This document shows, in pieces, positions 24,477-35,972 of a stretch of DNA of 64,000 bases (the stretch's first letter is position 1; the number at the start of each line of letters is the position of its first letter). Both the position numbers and the translations under genes were made by a program. Source of the stretch: Neodothiora populina (Eukaryota); the NCBI RefSeq assembly GCF_041146345.1, contig NW_027191414.1:372001-436000 (forward strand), read 5' to 3'. The notes beneath the pieces are model-generated. The model was not told the DNA's origin, did not search any database, and was given only the letters and a program-made list of their open reading frames with translations.

Positions 24477-25531
24477 ATGTCCAACTCAAAAGGCGAGCCC
24501 GTCACTGCTTTCGAGTGGAAGATCTCCGCTCAGAACCAGGAGGGTAGCACCGGTCTTGACAAGGACATGAAGGAGTCTGGAGTATGGACCAAGGTCGAGC
24601 ACTGGGACGAGAACCACAAGCCTTACCTCAAGGAGTACGAGGGTCGGGGTCTCCTCACTGGCAAGAAGGCCCTTATCACTGGAGGTGACAGCGGCATTGG
24701 ACGCTCTGTTGCACTATTCATGGCTAGGGAAGGTGCCGATATCTCCATTGTGTACTTGCCTGGTGAGGAAGAGGATGCCGAGTGGACGCTTGACCAGATC
24801 TCCAAGTCTGGACGTAAAGGCCACGGCATGAAGTATAACCTCAGAGAGGAGGCCAACTGCAAGGCCGCCGTCGAAGAGCACATCAAGGTTCACGGCAAGC
24901 TCAATATCCTTGTCAACAACAGTGAGTCTGGTCTGCAAGAGATATGTCAAAAGCAAGTTAATGCTAACATCCATCCCTAAGGCTCCATGCAAGAAGCTTG
25001 CGAGGATATCAAGGACATCGACATGTCTGTCGTCGAGAAGACATTCAAGACCAATATTATCCAGATGATTGCAATGGCGAAATACTCTATCCCTCACATG
25101 AGCTATGGTGACAACATTGTCAACTCCGCATCTGTGGCATCATACATGGGCAATCCCCAGCTTGTCGACTACTCGTCCACCAAGGGCGCCATTGTGACGT
25201 TCACCCGCGCTCTTGCTCAGCAGCAGGCATCAAAGGGCATTCGAGTCAACGCCGTTGCTCCTGGAATCATGTAAGTCTCACCCAGACAAGAAACACAATC
25301 AAGAAACACAGCTAATCATTCTGGCTCCACAGCTGGACTCCCCTGCAGCCCGCAACCAAGAACTTGCCTGACGAGTCAACAAAGAACATTGGTGTCGGCC
25401 AGTGCCCCATCAACAGAACCGCCATGCCCTCCGAGGTCGCAGGAGCATACATTCTTCTCGCCTCGCCCCTCGGCTCGTACATGACTGGCGAGACGATCCA
25501 CGTCTCTGGCGGCATCGAGATGCAAGGCTAA
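24477..25531 (+). CDS. Classical short-chain dehydrogenase/reductase (YhdF/glucose-ribitol dehydrogenase-like)
   Basis: ITGGDSGIGRS, LVNN, YSSTKGA (YxxxK), IRVNAVAPG. Introns 24922-24981 and ~25272-25332. Confidence 0.9.
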
Positions 25532-26401
25532 GCCACGCTGCACGGCGCTTCAGACTTTTGCTCTCTCTTTTGATGACAAGAAAAACTTCACGCATAGCTA
25601 TTAACGCACGTCTTATGATGTTAGACCATTTTCTTTGTAACTGTTCGTAATGCTGAACACGCAAAGATTTATTTTCTCAGCGTACCACCGTGTTTGAGAT
25701 TCCCGTGAGACGTACTTTCTTTTCACATGCGAGAAACAAACAAGAAAGCCCACTACCAAAGCAACATTCCGCATGAAGGAAAATCTAGTTACAACCCATT
25801 TCTCCTCGTATCTTATCTGGATGAAGGAAAAGGAAAAGGAAAAATGAAAGAAAAGCGTAGTGAATGGTTGCGAAAGCAGACCGCGAAACAACCGAGACAG
25901 CTCTTTTAGGGTACGTGCTAAACGCTGCTACTATGATTACAAGACGATAGAACAAGGAGGAGCCTGTACAGACGAGACAGTGAACAGAGAAGAAGAGAAT
26001 GAAAAGGGCGCGAGAACCTCCATGCAGTGCTGTGCTGTGCGACGTCAAGTAGAAATATAAGGAAGAAGAAGGGATTGGGTTGCATTACTTTGTAAGAATG
26101 TGTGCATGCATGCACAATGCCATGTTTCCTTCGCTTGTCTCGGTCTCTTTTTAGAGCTGGAAAAAAGTGCGCCGGAGGAGAAAATGCCGTTTGTTGCTCT
26201 GCTGTCTCTAGGCGGGCAACTTGGACAAGAGGGGGTGGGAACAGGGTTTTAGAGCCCGGAGAGAGGGATAGTCCAGTCGTGTTTGATGGAGGAGTGTCGA
26301 CCGCGTGCGGAGTGAGAAAATATGGGGCTGAAGGCAGAGCCATGGTATACGAGAGTAGGTGGAGGATGTGAATGGAAACATTCTTGGGGGGGCTCCCTTG
26401 T

Positions 26402-27519
26402 CTATGCGGCGATCAAGACCCAGAGGAGGAAGACTGTAGGGACATCCACGTCAGCTTTCCGAAGATGCAGAAGGGCAGGAATGAGAAAGACGGAAAACAC
26501 TCACAAATCATCAAAACGCCAAACATCTTTGCGACGAGCCATCTGTTGCCCTGCACGCGTCCCCAATACTTCATGAGTTCCCTCTGGGCGCCCTCAACAT
26601 TGTCCACGATATCCTCCGTGTTGGCGTCGATTCTCTGGATCATCTCGCTCTGCTCGCTGACCATTTGCGCCAGCTGGCCGAAGATGCCGCCTAGCTCGGC
26701 AATTGTGCGCTCGATGCCCTCGATGGCTTCGCTGCGCTGGGAGATGTACGAGTTGTTCTGCTGGCCTTCTTCTAGGAGCAGCATTTGTTGCTCCGACTGC
26801 ATGCCGCGCGTTAGGGCGCTGGTGGAGGATGACGAGGGCGGTTCGAGAGTCAGGAGATCTTGGCCGCCCCCGCCTGCAGAGGCGCCTGGATTGGGACTCC
26901 GTGATCGCTGAGAGCCTGGTGTCGAGTAGAGCGGGCTGTCTGTCCGTCCGGGCGCCAATGCGCTGTTCTGGCCCGCGGCCGAGTGGCCGACGCTCGACAC
27001 GAAGTTGTCTTGCCTGCTCCTGCTCGCCTGGACGTTTTTGCTGCGGACTTCGAGGACTTCCTTGAAGTTTCCTCCCACGTTTGCGAGCTTGGACTGCAGC
27101 ATGACGACGACGTTCTCGTTGTGGAGGCCCTCCTGGTCTGTGCCGGCTTTGGCGTTGGGATGCTGTGACTTGGAGAGTTGTGATAGGGCGCCGATCTGTT
27201 GGTTCAGCGCTGCCAGGTCTTGCTTGATGACATAGGTGAGTTCGGCGATTTCGACGGGTCGGTCGTCGAAGAGCGTCTTGCGCTTGGCGAGCTGCGCCAG
27301 TCGTTCCAGTTTGGACATTGTGCCTGCTATGCCGCGTCCGATCTCTGCTGCCTTGCGCGCGAACTCGGAGCGCTGTTTCCGCGTCGGCGGTGTCGCTGAC
27401 ATGGCATTGTTCTGGTTGCGCTGGACAGGCATCTTTTGTTGGGCTAGTCGCTTCTGCGCCTGTACAAGGATGCTGCGGAACTCGGGCGTCCGGTCTTGGA
27501 TGGAATGCGTGGCCATCAT
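26402..27519 (-). CDS. SED5: cis-Golgi t-SNARE syntaxin 5
   Basis: IQDRTPEF, LAKRKTLFDDRPVEI, SNARE motif EAIEGIERTIAELGGIF..RIDAN. TM anchor completed after an intron (MIF|FLLWVLIAA*). Confidence 0.95.
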
Positions 27520-30317
27520 GGTCGCCGATATCACGTGTGGGTTTGTCTGTGTCGGTGGAAAGACGGAAAGAGGAAGTCGTGGGAAGTGCTACTGAGGCGA
27601 CTTCCTAAAAGGAAAGGTGGTTGTTGTTGCCTTTGGAAGGAGGGCGAAAGTGGAAATTAGAATCAGTTTGATCAGTCCTGGATATGTCGTTTCTGGAAAC
27701 AGAGGACTGGTTGAAGTTGTAGTGTTAGACCGTGAGTATCGCAAGATGAAGCACAATCGAGTAACTGGTGATATACGGCTTGGATGTTACTATTAGAGTG
27801 AACTCAAGGATGGAGGATGAATGTCCAACTGAGTCTCCAACTGGGCCTTGGCATTGAATCTCCTGGCGTCTAAGCCAGCCTCGTCATCGCTTTCCTTTTG
27901 CGGATAACTTCCGAAACCGCCCTTGTTCAGCCCTCAGCCTTGCCCAGCCTTGCTGTACAACCTCCTATCATGCTTGCTTCGTGGCTATACAGAGGGTATA
28001 AGACTTAGATCAGGTTGCACGTATCACACAGGACCCAGTACTGCCATTTGGACATCGTCGCTATAGGGCGAAAGCCGTTCTATGATGTATATGTCGCTCA
28101 TTTCCTCAGCAGTCTACCTAAGGTAGGTAGCCAACGAACGAGCATACTGTGAATCTACGCCTATGGACTGGTCCAACCTGGAGGATACCGTAAACGATTC
28201 TATTTCGAATCTACCATCGTACAAACATATCATAGAGGTTGTGATAATGCCAAACAGCCTCGTAAGCCTGTTACCAAAGAGACACTGCCACCATTATGGT
28301 TGTAATGCATTCGATTACTTATTGCCTGCCTTGCTCACACCCTGCGACAGCTGATCAACAACCGACCCCGAACTCTTTCAGCATCGCAGATTGATCTTCA
28401 AAGCATTCCGACGAGGTACCTTGCCTCCCCAAGAGCGATGAGACTGCGTTCGTGTTGTGAGTCGAAAGTGCTTCTTTCCTCCTGCATTCACTCCTGCCAC
28501 AGGGTCTTCGGCCAGCGTATGGAGAATTCGCAACAACGATAGCAACAGCAGCAGTGGCGGGGCAAAGCAAAGCAAGGTAAACGCTCGTACTGTACTCAGG
28601 CATGGAAACTGTTTGGCCTTCCACTAGCTCCATGCTATGTCCCTGAACGGATCCCTCGGTCTTTGCCCCCCATCACCGCGATTTAATCTCCCATGGTATC
28701 GCACTCTGACCGAGCTTCTTCACCGCTTGATAAGTGAGATCGTAGCCAAATGGACCAGCCCAGCCTCCCACAAGCAATATAGCCAACATCTCTGGCAGCA
28801 TAGCGCACTGAAACCACCCATGCACTGTCTTGCCTGTCTGTTGTTGGGGGTGACAACGCACCGCCAGAAAGGTCAGGAAGGTCAGAAAGGCCACGGCATG
28901 CATTCACCGGCTGTGCTGCAGCGTATCGTCTAGAAGATAGTGGAAAATAGTACGACCAGGTTTAGCCTAAGTTCGCTCCATGTGATATTGCTACCAACCC
29001 AAAAAGCATACATGAAGATACGCCAAGACCAATGGTACTTACCTTACGGTGGGACAACGTAGACTTTCCATACGTACTCCGGCTACCTTGCCTTAGTTTC
29101 GAATGATTCTCGTATCTATTCGGGTCCACCATAGTCCTTGGCGGGCCGCGCCAGCTTTGCCCTGGCAGCATGGGGCTTCCCCTACAAGTGCCCAACCGCT
29201 GTTGCGTATAGCCATGAAACGAGGATTATCCTATAGCTATTCTCACAATGCTACAGTAGTCGTCGTGATGTGAATGTCCGAATCGCCGGTTTCGAAGTCG
29301 ATTAATTTGCTTCTGCAGTAGTCTGTTGATCTAGAAAGCGTCAAACGGATCGCCTCGATCCCGTCCAACGTGTCGTGGAGAAGGGTCCTGGGATTATATT
29401 TCCTAAACGGGGGTTAAAATCACCAGCAAAGGAAAGAAAGTGCGGTCCCCGTTCGGGGCCTGACTCCAGGATGAACGCATGATTGACCAAAGGCTAAAGA
29501 TAGGAGATAAGTGTCGTCGTCGATGCTCTGGAGGTTGTTTTAGGTGCGGGATCCTTCCGGCCCTATGGGCCCAAAGCTGTGTTTTGTATGGCAAGCTGGA
29601 GTGTCGTACGCACAGGACAAACCTTACATTGATTATGATTTCGACTCCCGCGTATGCACTCTGTCGATATGTACAACACCATCATACTCGTAGCGAGAGT
29701 TCTATACTTTCGCAAAAGATACAGTGTCGAGCTTCACCAGACAGCGGTGTTGTGAGATCGAGGTAAAGCCGCAGTCGTGTTTGCAGATCCAACAAACTTG
29801 CGCTTACCCCATCATATCGTTGATATTGACTAACGCTCTGAATCATAACTCACTGCACTACGTGAGTCTTCCTCGCTGTACTATGCGCCATGTCGCATCG
29901 AAAGGCGATATTACGCCGCAGGGGCGTTGTCGGCAGTGTCGCCCGAATGATAAACGACTCATGGTAGATCATTGTTTCAAGAACTAGTCACGGTAATTTC
30001 CATGCGCCTGACGACGATGCAGGGAGTCTCGATGCTCTCAACGAAGTATCTGGTTCCCTGATCACTATCTCATCGCGAGCTCGTGCACCTTCCGGTTACT
30101 AGCGGAGCCGCGGACTGCTATGGTCGCCCCATCAAGTCCACCAAGGCCTTCGCATACCCAATGAGGTAACCTATGATCATCTCCTCGTACATAGATAAGA
30201 GCAGCATCACCACCACATATCACACTTTCATTCTCATCGCATTTCAATTCTCAAGATCTTTCATAGCATCTCTTCTAGAGAATTCAGACAAGCATTTGTC
30301 TTCTTTCACCAGAAAAA

Positions 30318-31575
30318 ATGATGGCCGCAGCGACAATGACGCCCGCACTCGGTGCCGAGGCAGCAAGCAAAGATCAATTCGATCTCACCACTGCAGAGGT
30401 TGCAGAGATCATGGAGCAGCCTTTCACAATGCCCAAGTTCGATCCTTCTATTCATCTCGCATTCACGCCGCCGACTGCTCGTCACTCTTTCACCGAGCTA
30501 GGCTTGCCCAAGCCAACCAACGCACCAGACATCTGCTTCACTGAGCCATTCCAGCTTTTCTCGCAAGAGGGTGTTCGTATGCTGCGTCGTGAGGTCTTTC
30601 GCAAGGAGTTCCTCGACAAGGTTCGTTTCTTATGGCTTTGTCCACTCATGGTTCGCTTACTGACTCCATCGTAGTACTTGAGATCTTGGGAACGTGCTCC
30701 TTGCTACATTTCAGGACACACCAACCACCCTGGTGTAAGTCAATACAATATCTTCTCATGACATTCGTGTACTTACAAAGACTGAATAGGAGGCTTCATT
30801 CATCAAGCAAGCCTGGTACCACCCCGCCACTCAGGCAGCCATCAACTACGCATTTGGCTGTGCCTTGAAGCCTCTGCCTAAGGAGAGCGATGTTGGCTAC
30901 GTCAACGTTATGCTCGGCAAGGAGGGTATCCCCGGTGTCTACAAGATGAACGAATTCCCTGCTGAGCCTCTTCCTCCTTCGAGACTTTCTGAGATTGAGA
31001 AGTCCGAGTATGATGACATCCCTATCGACGCATGGCACAAGGACATGGTCCCCGTTGTCTGTGTTCTCATGCTCAGTGACACCAGCACCATGGAGGGCGG
31101 CGAAACTGCCATCAGAACTGGCGACGGCAGCATCCTCAAGGCACGAGGTGCCAACATCGGTGGCTGTGTCTTGATGCAGGGCGGTTTGACTGAGCACTCA
31201 GCACTTCGCGCCACGAACGCTGCTGAGAGAGTGAGCATGGTGACCAGCTATGGCTTCGCCGACCCTGATGCCGACGACAGCAGCATGAGCTTGAAGAGCT
31301 GCGACCCCGTCCATGATGACATGCCCGAACTTATGAACACATTCCTCGAATACAAACTCGAGCGCCTGAGAGACAGATGCCAATCCGCTATCAACAAGAT
31401 CCGACAAAACAAGGGCAACGGGCAGCTCATGACCAGAGACGATATCGAGCCATGGGTCAAGGAACAAATCACATTCTTGAAGCACAGCTCTTGGGAACTG
31501 TGCGAACGGATTCCCAACTACAGACACATGGATATCCCCGAAGGTGCCCTCCAATCGTACCTGAACGACGTTTAA
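30318..31575 (+). CDS. Uncharacterised fungal Fe(II)/2-oxoglutarate dioxygenase-like protein (3 exons)
   Basis: FDPSIHLAF, TEPFQLFS, WHKD..VCVLMLSDT..MEGGET..LMQG..H..ERVSMVTS: HxD..H triad plus Arg of a DSBH fold. Introns ~30621-30674 and ~30735-30790. Confidence 0.7.
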
Positions 31576-32110
31576 GAAGCTGCAAAAAAGTGAAAGTATG
31601 GAGTATTTAATGATCAAGATGGATGACAGTGGATGACATGAAGTTGTTTCGAGCGATAAATTGAATACCTTAGCGTTGCAGATAGTTCTCTTATTATTTA
31701 CATTTCCTACATTCAAACCCATTACCAGAACTCGCCAAAATTCGCTTGCACGGTTATATGATCGAGTCGATTCGTTGTATATAAATGATCTCCGTTGTGC
31801 ACAAGCTCGACAAAGTAAAGCGTGCTCTCAGTGGTCCCTGCATGCTGTATATAGGATCGGCTGAGCTTGCCATATCTGTGCTTTTGGGCCGAAGTTCTTC
31901 CTTATGCTCGGACTGGCCACTTCACTCCACGTTCTTGCGCGTATCATGTCGCGTCTTCCCATTTATCAGACCTATTATTGCTGTTTCGCCAAAGACCTCC
32001 AGAGTAGCATAGTATTATTCGCATAGGCGCATTTGTGAAGCCTCGATGCTATAGCCCAAGTCTACGAGACAGATCGACTACTATCGCACATACCAGCGCA
32101 TTCAGTTGCC

Positions 32111-34462
32111 ATGGCCCCCGTAAGTGCCTTTGATTCATTCAAGTCACCATCAAGTGTTATACTCTATGCCTGGAGAAGCAGAATAAGACTAGAAAGAAAC
32201 TCTTTTGCTATTGCGTTCCTTCGATGCGTACACTCATCTATGTCAATCGCACTTTCCTTCCGCCAACGCCTGTTCACTTTCATCTACGTTACTTTGGTCA
32301 TGGCTGAATGTCATACCTCTCCTCTTCTGTCCATGAGCAAAAGTCTACCTGATTTCATTCGTCTTTCAAATCCATTGAAAACCATGCTTATTCGTGGGGG
32401 TTCAATTGTGATCATACTACTACCACCCCATGTTTTGGCGTCGTTTCCTCCCGGTCTCGGAACCGCATCACTCCATCGCAAAGACTCACTCTTGAACTTG
32501 AATGACACATCTGACTCTTCTCAGTTCCGTCCTTCGGGCCGAAGCAATCGCTCTGGCCGATCGCAAGTAGACCATGATGTCTTCGAAGGCCTTCCCATCA
32601 AGCAGTGGCGGCCCTCCGAGAATACTGTTGGCCTACCTCATGTCATAACTGAACCCAAAGTAGGCGACAACGCGTGGTCGGAGTTACCAATGCCTCGCGA
32701 TTCTCATCTACTGTCGGACTGGACGCAGGCTCTACTACGGGAAGCGCGAAGACCGCGTCTTGCGAAACGCAAGGAACCGACTGAGGACGAAAAGGGCGAC
32801 GAGGAGGATGAAGGCGAGAAGGAACTGCAAACTGGATTCTTAGTCAAGAAGTGGTCGCAACTACCCGCTCATCTAGAGGAGCCCGAGCGAGAGTTCCTTG
32901 CCAAGCGCAGAAAAGGTCTGCCTAGCTTACATACAGCTCTAGCGATACAAGCTGCAGCGAATATTCCATCAACAGCGGCGACTAGGAAAGCCAAGGTCTC
33001 GAAAACCGATGCGCAAGGCAATACGACGGTCTACGAAGTTATAGTGCCCGAGGGTCAGACTGTAGAAGGCGAAGTCCAGCAGGATACCGAGATTACAGAA
33101 GCGGCGCTCGAGCGGGCGGCGCCTGGTACGGTCATCGAAGGCGTTGGCATTGCTAATGCTGAAGGTGTGATTGTGGCGAACGATCTTCTGCAGCCACAAC
33201 CACCGCCAAGACGAAGAAATATGCCTCCCAAGCGTGTGAAGAAAGGTGGACCAGGTCGTGGCAAGAAGAAGGTCATGTTTACTGGCGCCGAGGGCGACGC
33301 CGCTGCTGCTACTCCAGGAGGAACAGCTGTACCAACCACGCCTGCCACAGGTGATCATATGGAGGTTGATTCTGCACGCAAGGACGGGGAAGACGGCGAT
33401 GATGGCGAGGAGGATGAGGAGGATGACGATGATGACCGCGAAGAGGGCGAGCTTTCTGAAGGAGAGACTGGCCCTGATGACACTCCTTCTCGGTCTAAAG
33501 AACCACCCGCCCATCTCTCAACAGTCAACAACCATCCAGCGCTGGTCCCTTCGACGCTGCGTGCGCAATTGTCAGAAACCAAAACAGAAGACGCGTCTCC
33601 GATCGTTGCTGAAGATGCGAATGGAAATGCAAAGGGGGAACAAGAAACCCCTGCAGAAGACTCGGCACCAATCTCAGTCGATCACTCCTCTGTAGATGCA
33701 GAAATGACAGATGCACCAAGAGCTGAGGCCGAGGCTGAACCCGAGCCCGCAATCAAAGAGTCTGTTGAGGAGAAGCCTGACGAATCGGAGGCTTTGGTCA
33801 CTGAAGAACCGAGTGCAGAACCACGACCAGACGCAATGGAGGCAACTTCGGACGAGCCCAGCATTTCTCGCGAAGAAGATCAACCGGCAGATGCGACAGC
33901 AGTAGCACCACCACCACAAGAGGAGCCATCAGATGTTCCGGCGGCCTTAGATTCTTCTGCTAAAGCCGAGGACGAAGCCAAAGAAGATTCAACAGAAGTG
34001 CCTGCAGTAGTGGAGGAAGAAGAAGTAGCGATGGAGGAAGTGGCCCCGCAAGATGAAAACGCCAATGTAGAAGCCACTGCTGCACCACCGGAGGAAGAAG
34101 CAGAAGAATTATCAGCAGCAGTAGCAGAAGCAGCCGAAGAGCCCACGATAGCAGAGGAACGAGCAGCGAGCGCCGAAGTCGAAGTTCCCACGGTCGAAGA
34201 AGTCGACGAGCCAACAACGGCAGGCATCGAGGAAACAACAGCTACAGTAGAAGATAAACAAATGCCAGCAGAAGTTGAAGTCCCTGACCCGGCGGCACCT
34301 GAGAAAGACGAAGGAGAAGAGGAAGTTGGAGAAGAAGTAGAAGAAGGAAAGGAAGAAGCAGAACAAGAAGAAGAAGAAGAAGAAGAAGAAGACCAGAACG
34401 CAAACCACGATGCCTTCAGTGGCTTAGAAGCAGCCCTAGCGGACCAAGACGATGTTGAGTAA
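32111..34462 (+). CDS. Conserved fungal protein of unknown function with a very acidic low-complexity tail
   Basis: MAP|FRPSGRSNR (intron 32120-32524), DHDVFEGLPIKQW, WSELPMPRDSHLL, FLAKRRKGLP, basic GRGKKKVMF segment, long E/A/P-rich C-terminus. Confidence 0.75.
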   Translation: MAPVSAFDSFKSPSSVILYAWRSRIRLERNSFAIAFLRCVHSSMSIALSFRQRLFTFIYVTLVMAECHTSPLLSMSKSLPDFIRLSNPLKTMLIRGGSIVIILLPPHVLASFPPGLGTASLHRKDSLLNLNDTSDSSQFRPSGRSNRSGRSQVDHDVFEGLPIKQWRPSENTVGLPHVITEPKVGDNAWSELPMPRDSHLLSDWTQALLREARRPRLAKRKEPTEDEKGDEEDEGEKELQTGFLVKKWSQLPAHLEEPEREFLAKRRKGLPSLHTALAIQAAANIPSTAATRKAKVSKTDAQGNTTVYEVIVPEGQTVEGEVQQDTEITEAALERAAPGTVIEGVGIANAEGVIVANDLLQPQPPPRRRNMPPKRVKKGGPGRGKKKVMFTGAEGDAAAATPGGTAVPTTPATGDHMEVDSARKDGEDGDDGEEDEEDDDDDREEGELSEGETGPDDTPSRSKEPPAHLSTVNNHPALVPSTLRAQLSETKTEDASPIVAEDANGNAKGEQETPAEDSAPISVDHSSVDAEMTDAPRAEAEAEPEPAIKESVEEKPDESEALVTEEPSAEPRPDAMEATSDEPSISREEDQPADATAVAPPPQEEPSDVPAALDSSAKAEDEAKEDSTEVPAVVEEEEVAMEEVAPQDENANVEATAAPPEEEAEELSAAVAEAAEEPTIAEERAASAEVEVPTVEEVDEPTTAGIEETTATVEDKQMPAEVEVPDPAAPEKDEGEEEVGEEVEEGKEEAEQEEEEEEEEDQNANHDAFSGLEAALADQDDVE

Positions 34463-34622
34463 ACTTAGTTTGCAGTCGGTGGGCAGACAGTAGCAATCTT
34501 TCTTTCAACCAGGATGGGGCGGACAGCGCCACAGAGAGCTTATGTATATCAAGTCGTATCTACAAACACACCAACATAGCTAATTCCAACGATTTGACCT
34601 CATAACCGAGATTCTCCTTCTC

Positions 34623-34664
34623 CTTCTTCTTCTTCTTCTTCTTCTTCTTCTTCTTCTTCTTCTT
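34623..34664. repeat. (TTC)n microsatellite
   Basis: Perfect CTT/TTC run. Confidence 0.95.
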
Positions 34665-35221
34665 TACCTTGTGCAGAACGATGTTTGCTCATTAATAAAG
34701 TTCCATTTCCCACCCTACACTGAAGAAAGAAAAGGAGAGTGGAAAGAGTACAGACAACTGCTGCTTTAATCACTTCAAGACGTGTATTTGTATCCCTACA
34801 TGACTTATCTCTCCCCTGCGAGTCTCTTCACGAAGCTCTAGTAAGTGCTCTTATGTACACATGCAATTACCTGACCCGACAAGTAAGAAGTGTATTCTAT
34901 GTATCACCTCTCCGCTCGCTAGTCTTATAACTGTGCTCTGTTCACGGCGCGTAGTTACAGAAACCAGATAAAGCAGGTTGCAGAGGAAGTAAGCTAATAA
35001 GCAGGCAGGCAGCGTGACAACGTGTTTTCACTCGCTGTATGTTCAATCGGAGATTAAGGTCTTTTGTTTGATCTATGATGCTCTCTAGCAGACGGATAGC
35101 ATAATGTTTCTTTTAACTTATGCTGCTTGTGGACTTAGAGATGACTTGTTGCAATTTATGCTATTCTATAATGGTGCGAAAGATCTCGTCTTCAATTCGT
35201 TGTAGTATTTAGCAGATGAAA

Positions 35222-35266
35222 AGTAGTAGTAGTAGTAGTAGTAGTAGTATATATATATACGTATAT
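35222..35266. repeat. (AGT)n followed by (AT)n microsatellite
   Basis: agtagtagtagtagtagtagtagtagt followed by atatatatat.. Confidence 0.9.
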
Positions 35267-35972
35267 ATGCAAATGCTATCTAACGTCAACACTAGCACTG
35301 ACACCCGCATTAAACAACCAGCTAAAGGAACGTTCATAGCTAAAGCAAGGCTAAAAGGAATAAGAAACGCTCGGCTCGCTTGCTGGAACAAAACATATAA
35401 ACAGAATAAATACACAAGACAGGATAGACAGGAAAAGATTCCATTTAATTTACCGAACTAGTAAGGAAACAGGAGGCAGAGATGGAAATCGCTATATATG
35501 CTTTGTAGACATGAAGTGATGAACAGGAAAGGAGAGGAAGGCGAATGAACTAGGAGAAAGAAGAGAGAAAGAAAAGGCCAAAACCGCCTGAAAAAGTAGA
35601 GAGGAATAACTGACTACGCATCGCTAATAGACTTGACAATCAACAGGTAAACAAATAGATTAGTGGTGTGAAGTGACGCTTCCTTAGATAAATTGCAGAA
35701 TTTTCTCAGGATGAGTGGAGAGGTTGAGGGGAAAGAGGCGTCTTGGTCTCATCAATTTTGATTCTTCTTTCGACTCTTCTTGTTCTGAGCTTTCGCGTCC
35801 GGCGCTGAGGGTATTGGGCTCTTGGTATCATGGCGGAGAATTGATTGTTGATATCGTTTTACTTTCTTGCAGATGAGGATTCCTTAATCATCCGCCTGCT
35901 CTTGTAGGTTGCAGGGTCCCGCACTCTTGTATCACAATTGCCTCTCCACTTCTTCCGCTCAGGTCCGAGATC

